Source of the DNA: an uncultured Candidatus Saccharibacteria bacterium | GTDB lineage: Bacteria > Patescibacteriota > WWE3 > UBA101185 > 2-01-FULL-41-18 | Assembly (NCBI GenBank): GCA_964636285.1 | Contig: CAZWQF010000004.1 | Location: 3,666 to 67,665, forward strand | Direction: 5' to 3' | DNA: 64,000 nucleotides | Part shown: positions 19,633-29,091 of the stretch, in pieces | How the letters are laid out: each line of letters opens with the position of its first letter | Position numbering within the stretch: position 1 is the first letter of the stretch | The notes under the pieces: generated by a model | What the model was told of the DNA's origin: nothing | The model's database searches: none | The model's input: the letters and a program-made list of their open reading frames with translations, nothing else | Translations under genes and position numbers: made by a program

Positions 19633-21123
19633 TTAATAGGACTGAGCAAAAAGCCATTTGTGGGTTGCTGGCTTTCCGCAGTGCACACAAACATTTACGG
19701 ATTCTGCTATAGAAGTTGCTTCCGAACTTGAATTTATAGGGCTCAATTCAACTCTGTTCCGGCTCTCGTCTTCAACAGGCAAACATCTTGTTGTTGCCTT
19801 TGTTTTTTCTTTGATTTGGGCTTCGCAGTCTCTGTCCTCACACCAATATGCGCTGATAAATCCCCTTTTTGTGTCCATAATCTTTTTAAATTCTTCAAAC
19901 GAATGGGCTTCGGACATTAATTCGCTTTGCTTTCTTTTTGCTTCGTTAAAAAGATTTTCCTGAATTTCTTCTAAAAGCTTCTTTGAAAAAGTAGGTAAAT
20001 CTTTTTGTGCGCATTTTAATTTTTCTAAGGTATCTCTTCTTGCCACAACATACGAATCGGATTCAATGTCCCGAGCCCCTACTTCGATTCTTAAAGGAGC
20101 TCCCCTGACTTCCCATTTGTTAATTCTAAAACCAAGGCTCTCACCGTCTCGGGAATCAACCTCGGCTCTAATTCCGTCTTCAACAAGCCCACTACAAAGC
20201 TCTTTTGCTTTTGTAACTAACGCATCGTCATCAGATTTAACAGGCAAGACAATAACTTGAACTGGTGCAATTTTTGGAGGAAGTTTTAGGCCTTTGTCAT
20301 CGCCATGCATCATGATGAGCCCGCCAATTGACCTAGTAGAAAACCCCCACGAAGTCTGCCATGCGTACTGCTTCTCCTTATTTTTGTCTTGAAAACTGAT
20401 TTCAAAGGCTTTGCTAAAGTTTTGGCCAAGATCGTGAGAAGTGCAGCTCTGAAGAGCTTTTCCATCCGGCATAATAGCTTCAAAAGTCATGGTCATGTTT
20501 GCGCCGGCAAACTTTTCGGATTCAGATTTTTTACCGATAAAGCCTGGAAGTGCGTAATATTCTCTGTAAACCTTAGCGTACATTCTGATTGCCCAATCAA
20601 CCATTTCAAGGGATTCCTCATGCGTTGCGTGAGCTGTGTGACCTTCTTGCCATAAAAATTCGGTTGTTCGCAAAAATAGATACGAACGCTTTTCCCATCT
20701 GACTACGTTGTTCCATTGGTTAATGAGGATTGGAAGATCGCGCCAGGACTGGACCCATTTGCTATATGCATCGTACATTATTGTTTCTGAGGTAGGTCTT
20801 ACTGCTAAAGGCTCTGTGAGCTCTTCCCCACCTCCAACTGTGACAACTGCAAGTTCAGGCGAAAAGCCTTCGACATGATTTGCCTCTTTTTTAAGAAAGC
20901 TCATTGGGATAAAAAGCGGAAAGTAAGCATTTTTAACACCTTTTGCTTTTATGAGAGGATCCATGGCTTTTTGGAGCTCTTCCCAAATACCATAGCCGTA
21001 GGGCTTGATGATCATGGTGCCTTTTGCAGGACCGTATTCAGCAAGACCTGCTCTGAGGATGATGTCGTTGTACCATTCGGAAAGATTTTCAGTTATTTTT
21101 TTCTTTTGCGCTGTATCGTACAT
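19633..21123 (-). CDS. proS: Prolyl-tRNA synthetase (archaeal/eukaryote-like class II form)
   Basis: Class II motifs, C-terminal zinc-binding extension, about 496 aa without the bacterial INS domain. Confidence 0.9.
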   Translation of the reverse strand: MYDTAQKKKITENLSEWYNDIILRAGLAEYGPAKGTMIIKPYGYGIWEELQKAMDPLIKAKGVKNAYFPLFIPMSFLKKEANHVEGFSPELAVVTVGGGEELTEPLAVRPTSETIMYDAYSKWVQSWRDLPILINQWNNVVRWEKRSYLFLRTTEFLWQEGHTAHATHEESLEMVDWAIRMYAKVYREYYALPGFIGKKSESEKFAGANMTMTFEAIMPDGKALQSCTSHDLGQNFSKAFEISFQDKNKEKQYAWQTSWGFSTRSIGGLIMMHGDDKGLKLPPKIAPVQVIVLPVKSDDDALVTKAKELCSGLVEDGIRAEVDSRDGESLGFRINKWEVRGAPLRIEVGARDIESDSYVVARRDTLEKLKCAQKDLPTFSKKLLEEIQENLFNEAKRKQSELMSEAHSFEEFKKIMDTKRGFISAYWCEDRDCEAQIKEKTKATTRCLPVEDESRNRVELSPINSSSEATSIAESVNVCVHCGKPATHKWLFAQSY

Positions 21124-21352
21124 ATTCTGGACGGGTAACGAAAACCCGTGTGTTTAGTGCATTTCTGTCCGGGAGACTAAAACCCACTGCTCATCACATT
21201 TCTTAGTTTGGGTTTTGATTTGGATGGTAGCTCTCAGCTTGCTTTATCTTACATTTTTTATTCGTGAAACAAAAGGGGCTTGAAAAGTTTAGTTAATAAG
21301 ATTTAGAATCACCAAAACCGAAAGTCCTTTTTTGCTTAAGGAGAAAGCAATA

Positions 21353-21520
21353 ATGAGACCAGGCGTGAAAAAGCAAACAAAAGATGTTCCACAGGAAAAT
21401 GGAGGCGGAAAGGCACGACCAGGAAAGGGTTCAAGGCCACTACCACAGAGAGTTCGTGTAAGCCCGCCGCCTGAACCACCAGCACAGAGCAGGCAGTCAC
21501 CTGGAAACGGTACCAAATAA
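21353..21520 (+). CDS. Tiny basic, Pro/Gly-rich low-complexity protein (55 aa) inside the TIR element
   Basis: SD AAGGAGAAAG 6 nt upstream of ATG. Confidence 0.35.
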   Translation: MRPGVKKQTKDVPQENGGGKARPGKGSRPLPQRVRVSPPPEPPAQSRQSPGNGTK

Positions 21521-21691
21521 TGGGACGATAGGAGATAAGTGGCTGCTAGTCAATCGAATCTTGGAATTATCAAGCACTGAAAGTGGGACTGCTATTTGCA
21601 CTAACCCCTGTTAGTGTTATATAGTTTGAGTCCAAAACCCAACCGGTATCGGAATTTTAATACCGGCATTCATGCCTTTTGGAGGGCAAGC

Positions 21692-21811
21692 ATGGCAAAG
21701 AAGCCGACGAACGAGCCGAAGACCAGCTCTGGTCCAGGTGGAAGCAAGGACAAATGTGGTCCCAAGTCGGACGCTCAGGAGACCGCCAAGAAACTGGAAA
21801 AGGCTAAGTAG
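21692..21811 (+). CDS. Tiny basic Lys-rich peptide (39 aa) inside the TIR element
   Basis: SD GGAGGG 6 nt upstream of ATG; followed by a terminator. Confidence 0.3.
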   Translation: MAKKPTNEPKTSSGPGGSKDKCGPKSDAQETAKKLEKAK

Positions 21812-21834
21812 CCTCTGACCAAGCCCGCACAAAA

Positions 21835-21912
21835 AAGCCCCGAGATCGCACGAGAATTTCTGACACTATCAGATAACATCAAACTCGCGGATCTCGGGGC
21901 TTTCCATTTTTT
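21835..21912 (+). terminator. Hairpin terminator (GCCCCGAGATCGC ... GCGGATCTCGGGGC followed by TTTCCATTTTTTC)
   Basis: 13-bp imperfect stem and T-run directly after the 39-aa ORF. Confidence 0.45.
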
Positions 21913-21949
21913 CTTATAAACAGTGGGTTTTCGTTACCCGTCCAGACTA

Positions 21950-23119
21950 TTAACCAATCAGGTTTTTCACATCCTTAAATGTCACTAGCACCATCAAGGC
22001 TAGTAAAATTGCCATTCCAATCTTATGCACTAACGCCTCTTTAACCGGATCGGGTTTATGCTTTGTGATCATTTCAAAAACCACAAAAACTAGCCTTCCC
22101 CCATCGAGCGCAGGAATAGGAAGCAAATTCATGAGCCCAAGTGACAGTGACAACAGCGCCACCAAATCCAAAAGCGCTATAACAGTATCTTTCCCGCCAT
22201 GTGTCAGAATTGCCCCAACAATAGAAAACACACCAACAGGTCCTGAAATCCCGGTAGATACCGGCTCAAAAGTCTTTTTTTCAAACGAATAGCTCACGAG
22301 CTCCTTAAACACCGCTCCAGTGTAATCAAGCATGTTAAATGCGTGCAATGGCCCAGCCAAAAGCACCACCCCCGAATAATCTATCTGCACTACAGGCCCT
22401 AAAACTATTCCAATCTTTCCCCTCTTCTCCCCGTCCGTACTCTCCAAAAGTTCAGGTGTGGCCATTACCACCCTCTTTGCCTGTGCAGAGTCCTTTACGT
22501 CCATGAGCAAAATTTTTGCCTCCCTACCCGTAGACAAATTCATGAGGTCTCTAACATCTTTAAGTGTGTAAACAGGGGTATCGTTGATTTCTATCACTGC
22601 TTCGCCAAATTTTATTCCGGCCTTTTCCGCTGCAGAGCCAGGCTCAACACCAGACACAACCGTCTGAATTACTTTTTCATGACCGAATTTGAAATGGTGA
22701 TCAACATAAAGTGGCAAAACCTGCGATTTAAACCCGTTCAATCCAAGCACAAAGTAGTACAAAATAAAAGCGCCTAAAAGGTTCATTAAAATCCCTGCTA
22801 CCAAAATAAAAGCCCTTGCATAAGTGCTTTTTGATAAAAAGTTTTCAGGATCGGCCATTGCTCTTTTTATTGCGTCAGGAGAGTCGTCATCCTCACCAGT
22901 CAACTTCACAAATCCACCAAACGGTAAGAGATTAAGTGTGTAAGTTGTTTCGCCAACTTTTTTGCCCCAGATTTTTGGAGGCAAGCCAAGTCCAAACTCT
23001 TCAACTCTGACGCCAGATCTTCTAGCAGCCATAAAGTGTCCAAGTTCGTGAATAAACACTAAAAACGAAAGGATTAACGCAAAAACAATAAAAGTTAACA
23101 TACTGTGTAAGGATAACAT
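21950..23119 (-). CDS. rseP: RIP site-2 metalloprotease RseP
   Basis: HELGHFMAAR zinc motif, PDZ domain, LDGG motif. Confidence 0.85.
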   Translation of the reverse strand: MLSLHSMLTFIVFALILSFLVFIHELGHFMAARRSGVRVEEFGLGLPPKIWGKKVGETTYTLNLLPFGGFVKLTGEDDDSPDAIKRAMADPENFLSKSTYARAFILVAGILMNLLGAFILYYFVLGLNGFKSQVLPLYVDHHFKFGHEKVIQTVVSGVEPGSAAEKAGIKFGEAVIEINDTPVYTLKDVRDLMNLSTGREAKILLMDVKDSAQAKRVVMATPELLESTDGEKRGKIGIVLGPVVQIDYSGVVLLAGPLHAFNMLDYTGAVFKELVSYSFEKKTFEPVSTGISGPVGVFSIVGAILTHGGKDTVIALLDLVALLSLSLGLMNLLPIPALDGGRLVFVVFEMITKHKPDPVKEALVHKIGMAILLALMVLVTFKDVKNLIG

Positions 23120-23167
23120 CTGGCTACTTGGAAGTGTAGGGGTAGGGAATAAATTAATAAAGCCTTA

Positions 23168-24913
23168 CTATTCAGAGGTTTTTAAATAGGGTGGGACATA
23201 TACCTCGATTACTGAGCTGATTCCGTTACTAAGCGAGCCCTGGGATAAACACTGCCCCTGTACGATAACAGGCAATTGTTCGCCAGATTCAGATGCTGGT
23301 GCACCTGAAAAAGCATCTGCAGATTTATAAACCATGTCTTGAAGAGGAGTATCTTCATGCTGCTCAACTAAAGCAAGGAACTCTTTTGGCATTGCTCTCA
23401 CGCTACCTACAACTGCCCTAACATACCTCTCTCTATCTTCCTCTGCAATTCTGGAGGAGAAGAACTTTAACATGAACTCAAACCTCTCAACTGAACTATG
23501 AAACAACACAGTTGGGGATCTCATATACATTGCTGCACTTTCGCACAAGTCCTCTCTAGCGCTCAGCCCTTCACCAGCATTAGCAAGTGTACGTCTAACA
23601 TATTCGGTGACTGATTTTCTCTCACCATTACTATTATGTGTATTTTGAACAATGCTTTCCCAGTCCAACATCTCAGCTTGGCTCATACCTACTCGAGCAT
23701 GTTCAAAAATTTCATGGCTTAAAACACTATGTATTGTGGCATTGTTGATGAGCCTTGACATACCTTCAAATGCTACTGGACTTTCAGCTATAGAAGCTGC
23801 TCTTGGATCCGGCTTGAATCTTATTGCTTTTATGCCTCGTAACATAGATGGAGGAATGTAGGTTGATGGATTCCCAGCTTCTATTAGGGCTCCAAGATTT
23901 GAGTATAAGTAGACCTGCATATGCTCAGCACTAAAGGTTTCAAAATGCCCATCGGGTGTGGTAGATAAACCTTCGATTGTGATAGGAGGACTTTCTACTC
24001 CAAATAGTATTTCTGGATCACCATTCCTTACCCTAGATACCCACTTCTCATAGTCACCTAAGCATTTAACCAAGGCAGCAGCTATCTTTGGATGAGAGGT
24101 TGCAAACGAATAGCCAATAGAATCCTCATAAGATTCGGCAACAAACGAGAGCACTTCATTATAGGGAATCTGAACAGATGCATCTCCCCCACCTCTGAAC
24201 TGGTATGAAAGTTTGTTATGTCCCATCACTTCCTTGAGTAAGTTTTTTGCTCTGAGAGAAATGTCAGCATTAACTGTACCTATTTCCTGGCCTCTCAATT
24301 TAGAGTCCACAGGAATCCCTTCGCTTGTGCTAAAGGCATAACCAGAAAACTCTTTATTAATCTCACCAATTGCCCAAATTCTGTATCTTAACGAGTATTC
24401 AGGCTCTCCCGCTGCAATCTTTCCAAGTAAAGTAAATGTGTGTTCCAAGCCTATTTTTGACTGATTAAGCTTGCTTGGCGAATCAAAAGCGGAAAAATAA
24501 CAATCAAAGTCTGTGCAATCTAGAGTAGTCAAAAAGTCTTGTTGAAGGTCCTCCTCAAGCTTATTCCTTTGGCGGTCAAGGCTAGTGGTAGACTCCCTAA
24601 GCTCCTGTATAAAACCATCTTTATTTAATTCCTCAAAAATTTTAAGAAAATCTGGCCTTCTGGCTTCTATCTCAACAATGTTAGTGTCTAAATCTGGAGA
24701 TTCAGCTCCAAAATAAACCCTCAAGTCTTTCAACAGCCCGCCCTCAAGGGGCTCACTCGTTGGAAAGTACGGTAATAGTTTTTCAAATAGTTCAGATCGG
24801 GCACTCGAAAGCCTCTCTTCTTCAGCTTCTAATGCAGCGTACCTTGTTTCAAGGCTTTCTGAACTGGGTTTTTCCAAGGCATTGGAATGTTGTGGCATTG
24901 TGAGATTAAACAC
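23168..24913 (-). CDS. Large hypothetical protein (581 aa), coiled-coil N-terminus
   Basis: Sits where uppS-cdsA-dxr usually lie between frr and rseP; no recognised motif. Confidence 0.5.
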   Translation of the reverse strand: MFNLTMPQHSNALEKPSSESLETRYAALEAEEERLSSARSELFEKLLPYFPTSEPLEGGLLKDLRVYFGAESPDLDTNIVEIEARRPDFLKIFEELNKDGFIQELRESTTSLDRQRNKLEEDLQQDFLTTLDCTDFDCYFSAFDSPSKLNQSKIGLEHTFTLLGKIAAGEPEYSLRYRIWAIGEINKEFSGYAFSTSEGIPVDSKLRGQEIGTVNADISLRAKNLLKEVMGHNKLSYQFRGGGDASVQIPYNEVLSFVAESYEDSIGYSFATSHPKIAAALVKCLGDYEKWVSRVRNGDPEILFGVESPPITIEGLSTTPDGHFETFSAEHMQVYLYSNLGALIEAGNPSTYIPPSMLRGIKAIRFKPDPRAASIAESPVAFEGMSRLINNATIHSVLSHEIFEHARVGMSQAEMLDWESIVQNTHNSNGERKSVTEYVRRTLANAGEGLSAREDLCESAAMYMRSPTVLFHSSVERFEFMLKFFSSRIAEEDRERYVRAVVGSVRAMPKEFLALVEQHEDTPLQDMVYKSADAFSGAPASESGEQLPVIVQGQCLSQGSLSNGISSVIEVYVPPYLKTSE

Positions 24914-25454
24914 TCATCAAATCTTTTTTCTTTGTCTCAAGGAGTTCTTCGATTTTGGCCGTGAATTCTTTTACAACCTTTTCTATATCCTCTTTTTGAG
25001 AGAATTTTTCATCCTCAGTAAGAGTTTTTTCCGAAAACTTTTTGTCTATTTCTTTCATTGCATCTTGCCTAACATTTCTAATTGCGTTCTTTGCTGTTTC
25101 GGCTTTTTCGGATGCTAATTTTGAGAATTCTTTTCTTCTTTCTTCTGTTAAAGGCGGTACCGGTACTTTAACGCTAATGCTGTCTGGAACCGGATTTAAA
25201 CCCATTCCTGCGTCTCTAATTGCAGAATCAATGTCTTTAACAAGCGATTTATCCCAAGGCGAAATCACAATCATTTGAGCGTCAGGTACAGTAATTGAAC
25301 CCACCTCAACCATTTTCATTTTGCCACCATAAGCTTCAACTTCAATGTTTTCAACGAGTGTTGTTGTTGCCCTGCCTACTCTAATTCCAGCAAGCTCCCC
25401 TTTAAAATGCTCCACAGAAGAAGTAAGTTTTGTTTTAAGTTCTGAAATATTCAT
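24906..25454 (-). CDS. frr: Ribosome recycling factor
   Basis: Canonical RRF sequence (HFKGELAGIRVGRATTTLVENIEV...). Confidence 0.9.
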   Translation of the reverse strand: MNISELKTKLTSSVEHFKGELAGIRVGRATTTLVENIEVEAYGGKMKMVEVGSITVPDAQMIVISPWDKSLVKDIDSAIRDAGMGLNPVPDSISVKVPVPPLTEERRKEFSKLASEKAETAKNAIRNVRQDAMKEIDKKFSEKTLTEDEKFSQKEDIEKVVKEFTAKIEELLETKKKDLMSV

Positions 25455-25485
25455 ACAATGGGATTATAACATTTTTAATAAGTAG

Positions 25486-26289
25486 TTAAGCAGGAACCGC
25501 GTGGTTTAGAACAAATTTTATACCGTTAGTATCGTCATCTTTTGCTCGTGCTGATTCAGAAAAAGATTTTTTAATATCAACTCCTCCTACATTTATATCC
25601 ACATCTCCAGGCCGCATACCCATACGTTCTAGTATCACATCAAACATTTCCTGAGCAAAAACTTTTCGTTCAGGAGTTGTGTATCTTGAATTTAAATCTA
25701 TGTCTATTGCTCTTGATGACGATGATATGGATGAAATTGATATGAAATTGACCCTGCCGTCTACTCCTACTGATGTGAATATCCTTGTACCGCCCGAATA
25801 AGCGTCTATTTTTAGTAATTCTATTCCATCAGAAGTAATTTGATATTCCATAGACAGAGTGTCTTTAGGATCTTCATTATCTCTAATAGTTAATTCAACA
25901 CTTGATGCGGCTGGTGATCCTTCTGGAAACAGTCCAACTTGAGCAGCAATTAACGACTTGTTTAATGGCCCACCTTCAGCATCTACCTCCCTCAAATAAT
26001 AGTTATAGTACAATGCTGGTGATCCCATAGCTAGCTTAGTTCCCAAAAGCACCTTTAAATCAGCTAGGCCTAACTCTTCAAGCACTTGGGATAAAGCCTC
26101 CTCTGCTCTGGGCTCATTTTTCATCAGCTCTATCTGAGGTCTATTTCTTCTTGCAAAATCTTGCTCCTCAACGGCTGCTTCAATAGCGTTTTCATGAGAT
26201 TGTTCAGATAGTGGATTGAGCGCCTGTGCACGCTGATGTGTATCAACTCGGTCTCCTGTTGGAAGGTAATCCCAACCTTTATTTAGCAT
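25486..26289 (-). CDS. Hypothetical protein (267 aa) occupying the usual pyrH position
   Basis: Between tsf and frr; lacks UMP-kinase motifs; Ser-rich low-complexity segment. Confidence 0.45.
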   Translation of the reverse strand: MLNKGWDYLPTGDRVDTHQRAQALNPLSEQSHENAIEAAVEEQDFARRNRPQIELMKNEPRAEEALSQVLEELGLADLKVLLGTKLAMGSPALYYNYYLREVDAEGGPLNKSLIAAQVGLFPEGSPAASSVELTIRDNEDPKDTLSMEYQITSDGIELLKIDAYSGGTRIFTSVGVDGRVNFISISSISSSSRAIDIDLNSRYTTPERKVFAQEMFDVILERMGMRPGDVDINVGGVDIKKSFSESARAKDDDTNGIKFVLNHAVPA

Positions 26290-26371
26290 AATTAAAGCGT
26301 AGCAGAGTTGGTAAGGATTTTAAAGTCCCTATCACTTTTTGCTACGCTTTAACTTTCTTAGTAATTCGCTT

Positions 26372-26824
26372 TTATTCCCCTACCTTGAATCTTGCAAACC
26401 TAGCCACTTTAATATTTTCTCCAACCTTTGCAATAGTCTCAGTTACAAGATCAGAAATCTTTTTTGACCCATCTCTTATATATGCCTGTGCCAAAAGTTC
26501 TTCAACATTTTCTGCAGGCATTGCACATGCTTGCATTGCTACTTCGTTACAAAGTTTTTTAAAGTCCTCAGTCTTTGCTACAAAGTCTGTTTCACAGTTG
26601 ATTTCAACTAACGAAGCTACCTTTCCTGTAGAGTGAATGTAGCTAACTACCAGCCCATCAGCTGCATTTCTATCAGCTTTCTTTGCAGCTTTTGCTGCGC
26701 CAGCTGCCATTAGTACAGCCTTGGCTTTCTCAAAAGAGCCGTGCTCTTCTAGAGCCTTTTTAGCATCCATTACTCCAGCTCCAGTTTCTTCTCTGAGCTT
26801 TTTAATATCATCCATTTGTGACAT
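26372..26824 (-). CDS. tsf: Elongation factor Ts (short form)
   Basis: UBA-like N-terminus LREETGAGVMDAKKAL, TDFVAK core; 150 aa, as in reduced genomes. Confidence 0.85.
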   Translation of the reverse strand: MSQMDDIKKLREETGAGVMDAKKALEEHGSFEKAKAVLMAAGAAKAAKKADRNAADGLVVSYIHSTGKVASLVEINCETDFVAKTEDFKKLCNEVAMQACAMPAENVEELLAQAYIRDGSKKISDLVTETIAKVGENIKVARFARFKVGE

Positions 26825-26882
26825 TTTTTCCTTTCTCTTGGACGCAACTTAGCGCCCAGGGCAAACTTTTATCCGTTAAAAA

Positions 26883-27956
26883 TTATTCAGACTTCTTTGA
26901 TTTTGCCTTTTTTGCTGATCCGGCCTTGTCAGCACCAGCTTTTGCTTCTTTTTTTGCTCCGGTTTTTTTGGTTTCAGTCTTTTCAACTTTGGCTTTTTCT
27001 GACTTTACCTCTTTAACTTCAACCTTTTTTTCTGATTTTGTGTCTTCCTTTGCTTCAACTTTCTTCTCGGTTTTAACTTCTGGTTTTACTTCTGGTTTTG
27101 CCTCAACTTTAACTGCGCTCTTAGCTGCTTCTGCTTTTGCCGCTTCTACCTTGACAGCCTCTGCTTTTACTGCTTTAGCCTTTTCAACTTCTGCAGATTC
27201 TTTTGCTTCAGCTTGAACTTTTGCAAATTCAACATACCCTGCTTCAACCGAATCAGCCACAGCCTTAACAATAATTGCAATCGACCTAATTGCATCATCG
27301 TTTCCTGGGATTGGGAATGTAAGGCCTGTTGGATTTGTGTTTGTATCAACAAGAGCTACAACAGGAATTCCAAGCTTTTGTGCTTCTCTCACTGCAGTTT
27401 TCTCTTTTTTTGCGTCAACAACAAAAATTGCTTCAGGTCTTTGGGTCATCAAAAGAATACCTCCAACCGTAAGGTTCAATTTTCCGATTTCCCTATCGAT
27501 CATGAGTCTTTCTTTTTTTGTGTAATGGCCAAGCTCATTGTTTTCTCTTTTCTTTGTGAGGTCTTTGAGCTTATCAATCGTCTTTTTAATAGTTGTGAAG
27601 TTTGTAAGCGCGCCTCCAACCCATCTTGAAGCCATGTACATTGCTCCGCTTCTTTTACCTTCGAGCTCTATAATTTCTTTTGCCTGCTTTTTTGTTCCTA
27701 CAAAAACAACTTTTCCGCCTTTTGCTGTTATTTCATAGAGAAAGTTACAAGCTGTCTGGAGAGTTTCGTGGGTTTTGAATAAATCTATAATGTGGATGTT
27801 CTGCTTTTTATCAAAGATGAAATCCTGCATTTTTGGGTGCCATCTTCTTGCTTGGTGACCAAAATGTACTCCTGCTTGAAGGAGCTCGTCTACTGTGGGT
27901 ATTTTTACCGAAGGGGTTTTTGTTTGTGCTTCTGTTTTGTTGTCTTTTTCAGACAT
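26883..27956 (-). CDS. rpsB: 30S ribosomal protein S2 with long Lys/Ala/Glu-rich C-terminal extension
   Basis: VHFGHQ S2 signature; about 110 aa repetitive KAEAVKVEAAK tail. Confidence 0.9.
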   Translation of the reverse strand: MSEKDNKTEAQTKTPSVKIPTVDELLQAGVHFGHQARRWHPKMQDFIFDKKQNIHIIDLFKTHETLQTACNFLYEITAKGGKVVFVGTKKQAKEIIELEGKRSGAMYMASRWVGGALTNFTTIKKTIDKLKDLTKKRENNELGHYTKKERLMIDREIGKLNLTVGGILLMTQRPEAIFVVDAKKEKTAVREAQKLGIPVVALVDTNTNPTGLTFPIPGNDDAIRSIAIIVKAVADSVEAGYVEFAKVQAEAKESAEVEKAKAVKAEAVKVEAAKAEAAKSAVKVEAKPEVKPEVKTEKKVEAKEDTKSEKKVEVKEVKSEKAKVEKTETKKTGAKKEAKAGADKAGSAKKAKSKKSE

Positions 27957-28139
27957 AAAAAATCCTTCGGAACACGAAGGAAATTAATACTTTACCAGCT
28001 TTATTAATGCAAAATTAAGTAGAGCCAGTGAATTTTTATTCGCGTTCCTCTTTTAAACTAATGTTCTGAGCCCTTTAAAAAAGGGAGAGAAACCAGAACA
28101 CGCTTAACATGGAAGAGTTTACTATGGTAAGTGGATTGT

Positions 28140-28205
28140 GGCAAGAGAAGATAAAAAGTGTTTGGTTGCCCGTCCTGATAGTTCTAGATGAAGGGACGGG
28201 CAACC
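28140..28205 (-). terminator. Rho-independent terminator of the small GC-islet gene (GGTTGCCCGTCC ... GGGACGGGCAACC, T-run on the minus strand)
   Basis: 12-bp perfect stem 9 nt after the stop of 28214..28474, followed on the minus strand by AAACACTTTTTATCTTC. Confidence 0.45.
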
Positions 28206-28213
28206 AAAGTGGG

Positions 28214-28474
28214 TCAGGAAAGCAGCTGAATTGAAGGGTCCCTCTGGGACAGAGCCGCGGCAGCCTTGCCCTTGTCAGGAAAAGCAAGAGCGTCCTTAGG
28301 AAACCAAGTCCATTTGCGAGTGGGTTCCTTTGGCATAAAGTCTGCCCGGTTGAGGAGCCATGCATCATCAGACCGCTTAACTGACCAACCACCCGTTCCG
28401 TTAGGATTGGGTACGATTCGTGCAGTAGATGCGGACGATCTGTCCGGATCCCTTCCCAGCAACATTCTGAACAT
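28214..28474 (-). CDS. Small hypothetical protein (86 aa) in GC-rich islet
   Basis: Strong SD AAGGAGGG 5 nt before ATG; own terminator; overlaps a spurious longer ORF (28075..28527). Confidence 0.5.
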   Translation of the reverse strand: MFRMLLGRDPDRSSASTARIVPNPNGTGGWSVKRSDDAWLLNRADFMPKEPTRKWTWFPKDALAFPDKGKAAAALSQRDPSIQLLS

Positions 28475-29091
28475 ATGCCCTCCTTGATTGATACAGGAAT
28501 CTTAACATAGTGACCTATAGAGTACAAATGAGAGTTTTAACACGTTTTTAGTGAGATTTGTTACAACTGAAGTTTAAAAAGAAATGGGGGGGGACACCGG
28601 GAGGGGGCACGAATCAGCGAATGCTAATTGTGTTTATCCCTCCAGGTGCCCATGCCGGCGCGTCAGGTCACTTGTGAGATCGTGCGCAAGCGGCCGCTGC
28701 CTCCGCGCTCCAGTGAAGCTTCCCACATAACGCACACGCCACGAAATGGGAGATTCGACGAACGATATTAAGCATTTCACACCTCCTTAGGTGTTGGCTT
28801 CTCTGCCCTGTGATTTGCAGGAGAGAGAAATGAAAAAGAATCAATTGCGCCCGTTTTGAAAATTATTCTATAATTTCCAAGACCAGCTCATTTAATCTTT
28901 ACTATAGGTCTAATTATAAACCTCCCCAATTCAACCGTCAATAGGTAATTTGCCTTTAGGCATAGCCTAAACCCACTGTTGATGCGGGTACTATACTCTA
29001 ATAAATTGTAAGAAGCAACACAGAAATTATGTGAAAATAATCACAAATTAGAAGCCTGCAGAATTATTGTTTTCGCTGACTTTGGACTTTT

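Larger units (their letters stand above)
21127..21945. mobile_element. 819-bp GC-rich insert bounded by perfect 21-bp terminal inverted repeats (CTGGACGGGTAACGAAAACCC ... GGGTTTTCGTTACCCGTCCAG); MITE-like, non-autonomous
   Basis: The TIRs are exact reverse complements and belong to the type B dispersed-repeat family. The interior holds a promoter-like TTGAAA-17-TTAGAAT box, two tiny SD-preceded ORFs and a terminator. It lies between rseP and proS, which are normally adjacent. Confidence 0.5.

Noticed and set aside
21289-21832. Minus-strand ORFs 21289..21516 and 21617..21832 inside the TIR element
   Set aside because: They have no SD. The plus-strand alternatives have SD sites plus a promoter box and terminator, so plus-strand tiny ORFs were preferred, at low confidence.
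26818-27629. Plus-strand ORFs 26818..27216, 27213..27629 and others antisense to rpsB
   Set aside because: They are low-complexity reverse-frame translations of the Lys/Ala/Glu repeat of rpsB, with no SD.
28075-28527. 150-aa ORF (minus strand) and possible RNase P / tmRNA / SRP RNA in 28050-28900
   Set aside because: The long ORF has no SD and an implausible composition, and the nested 86-aa frame has a strong SD and terminator. Hallmark RNA motifs (GGAAAGUCCGG, ACAGAARCCGGCUUA, tmRNA tRNA-like end, SRP GGAA tetraloop context) were not found by eye.
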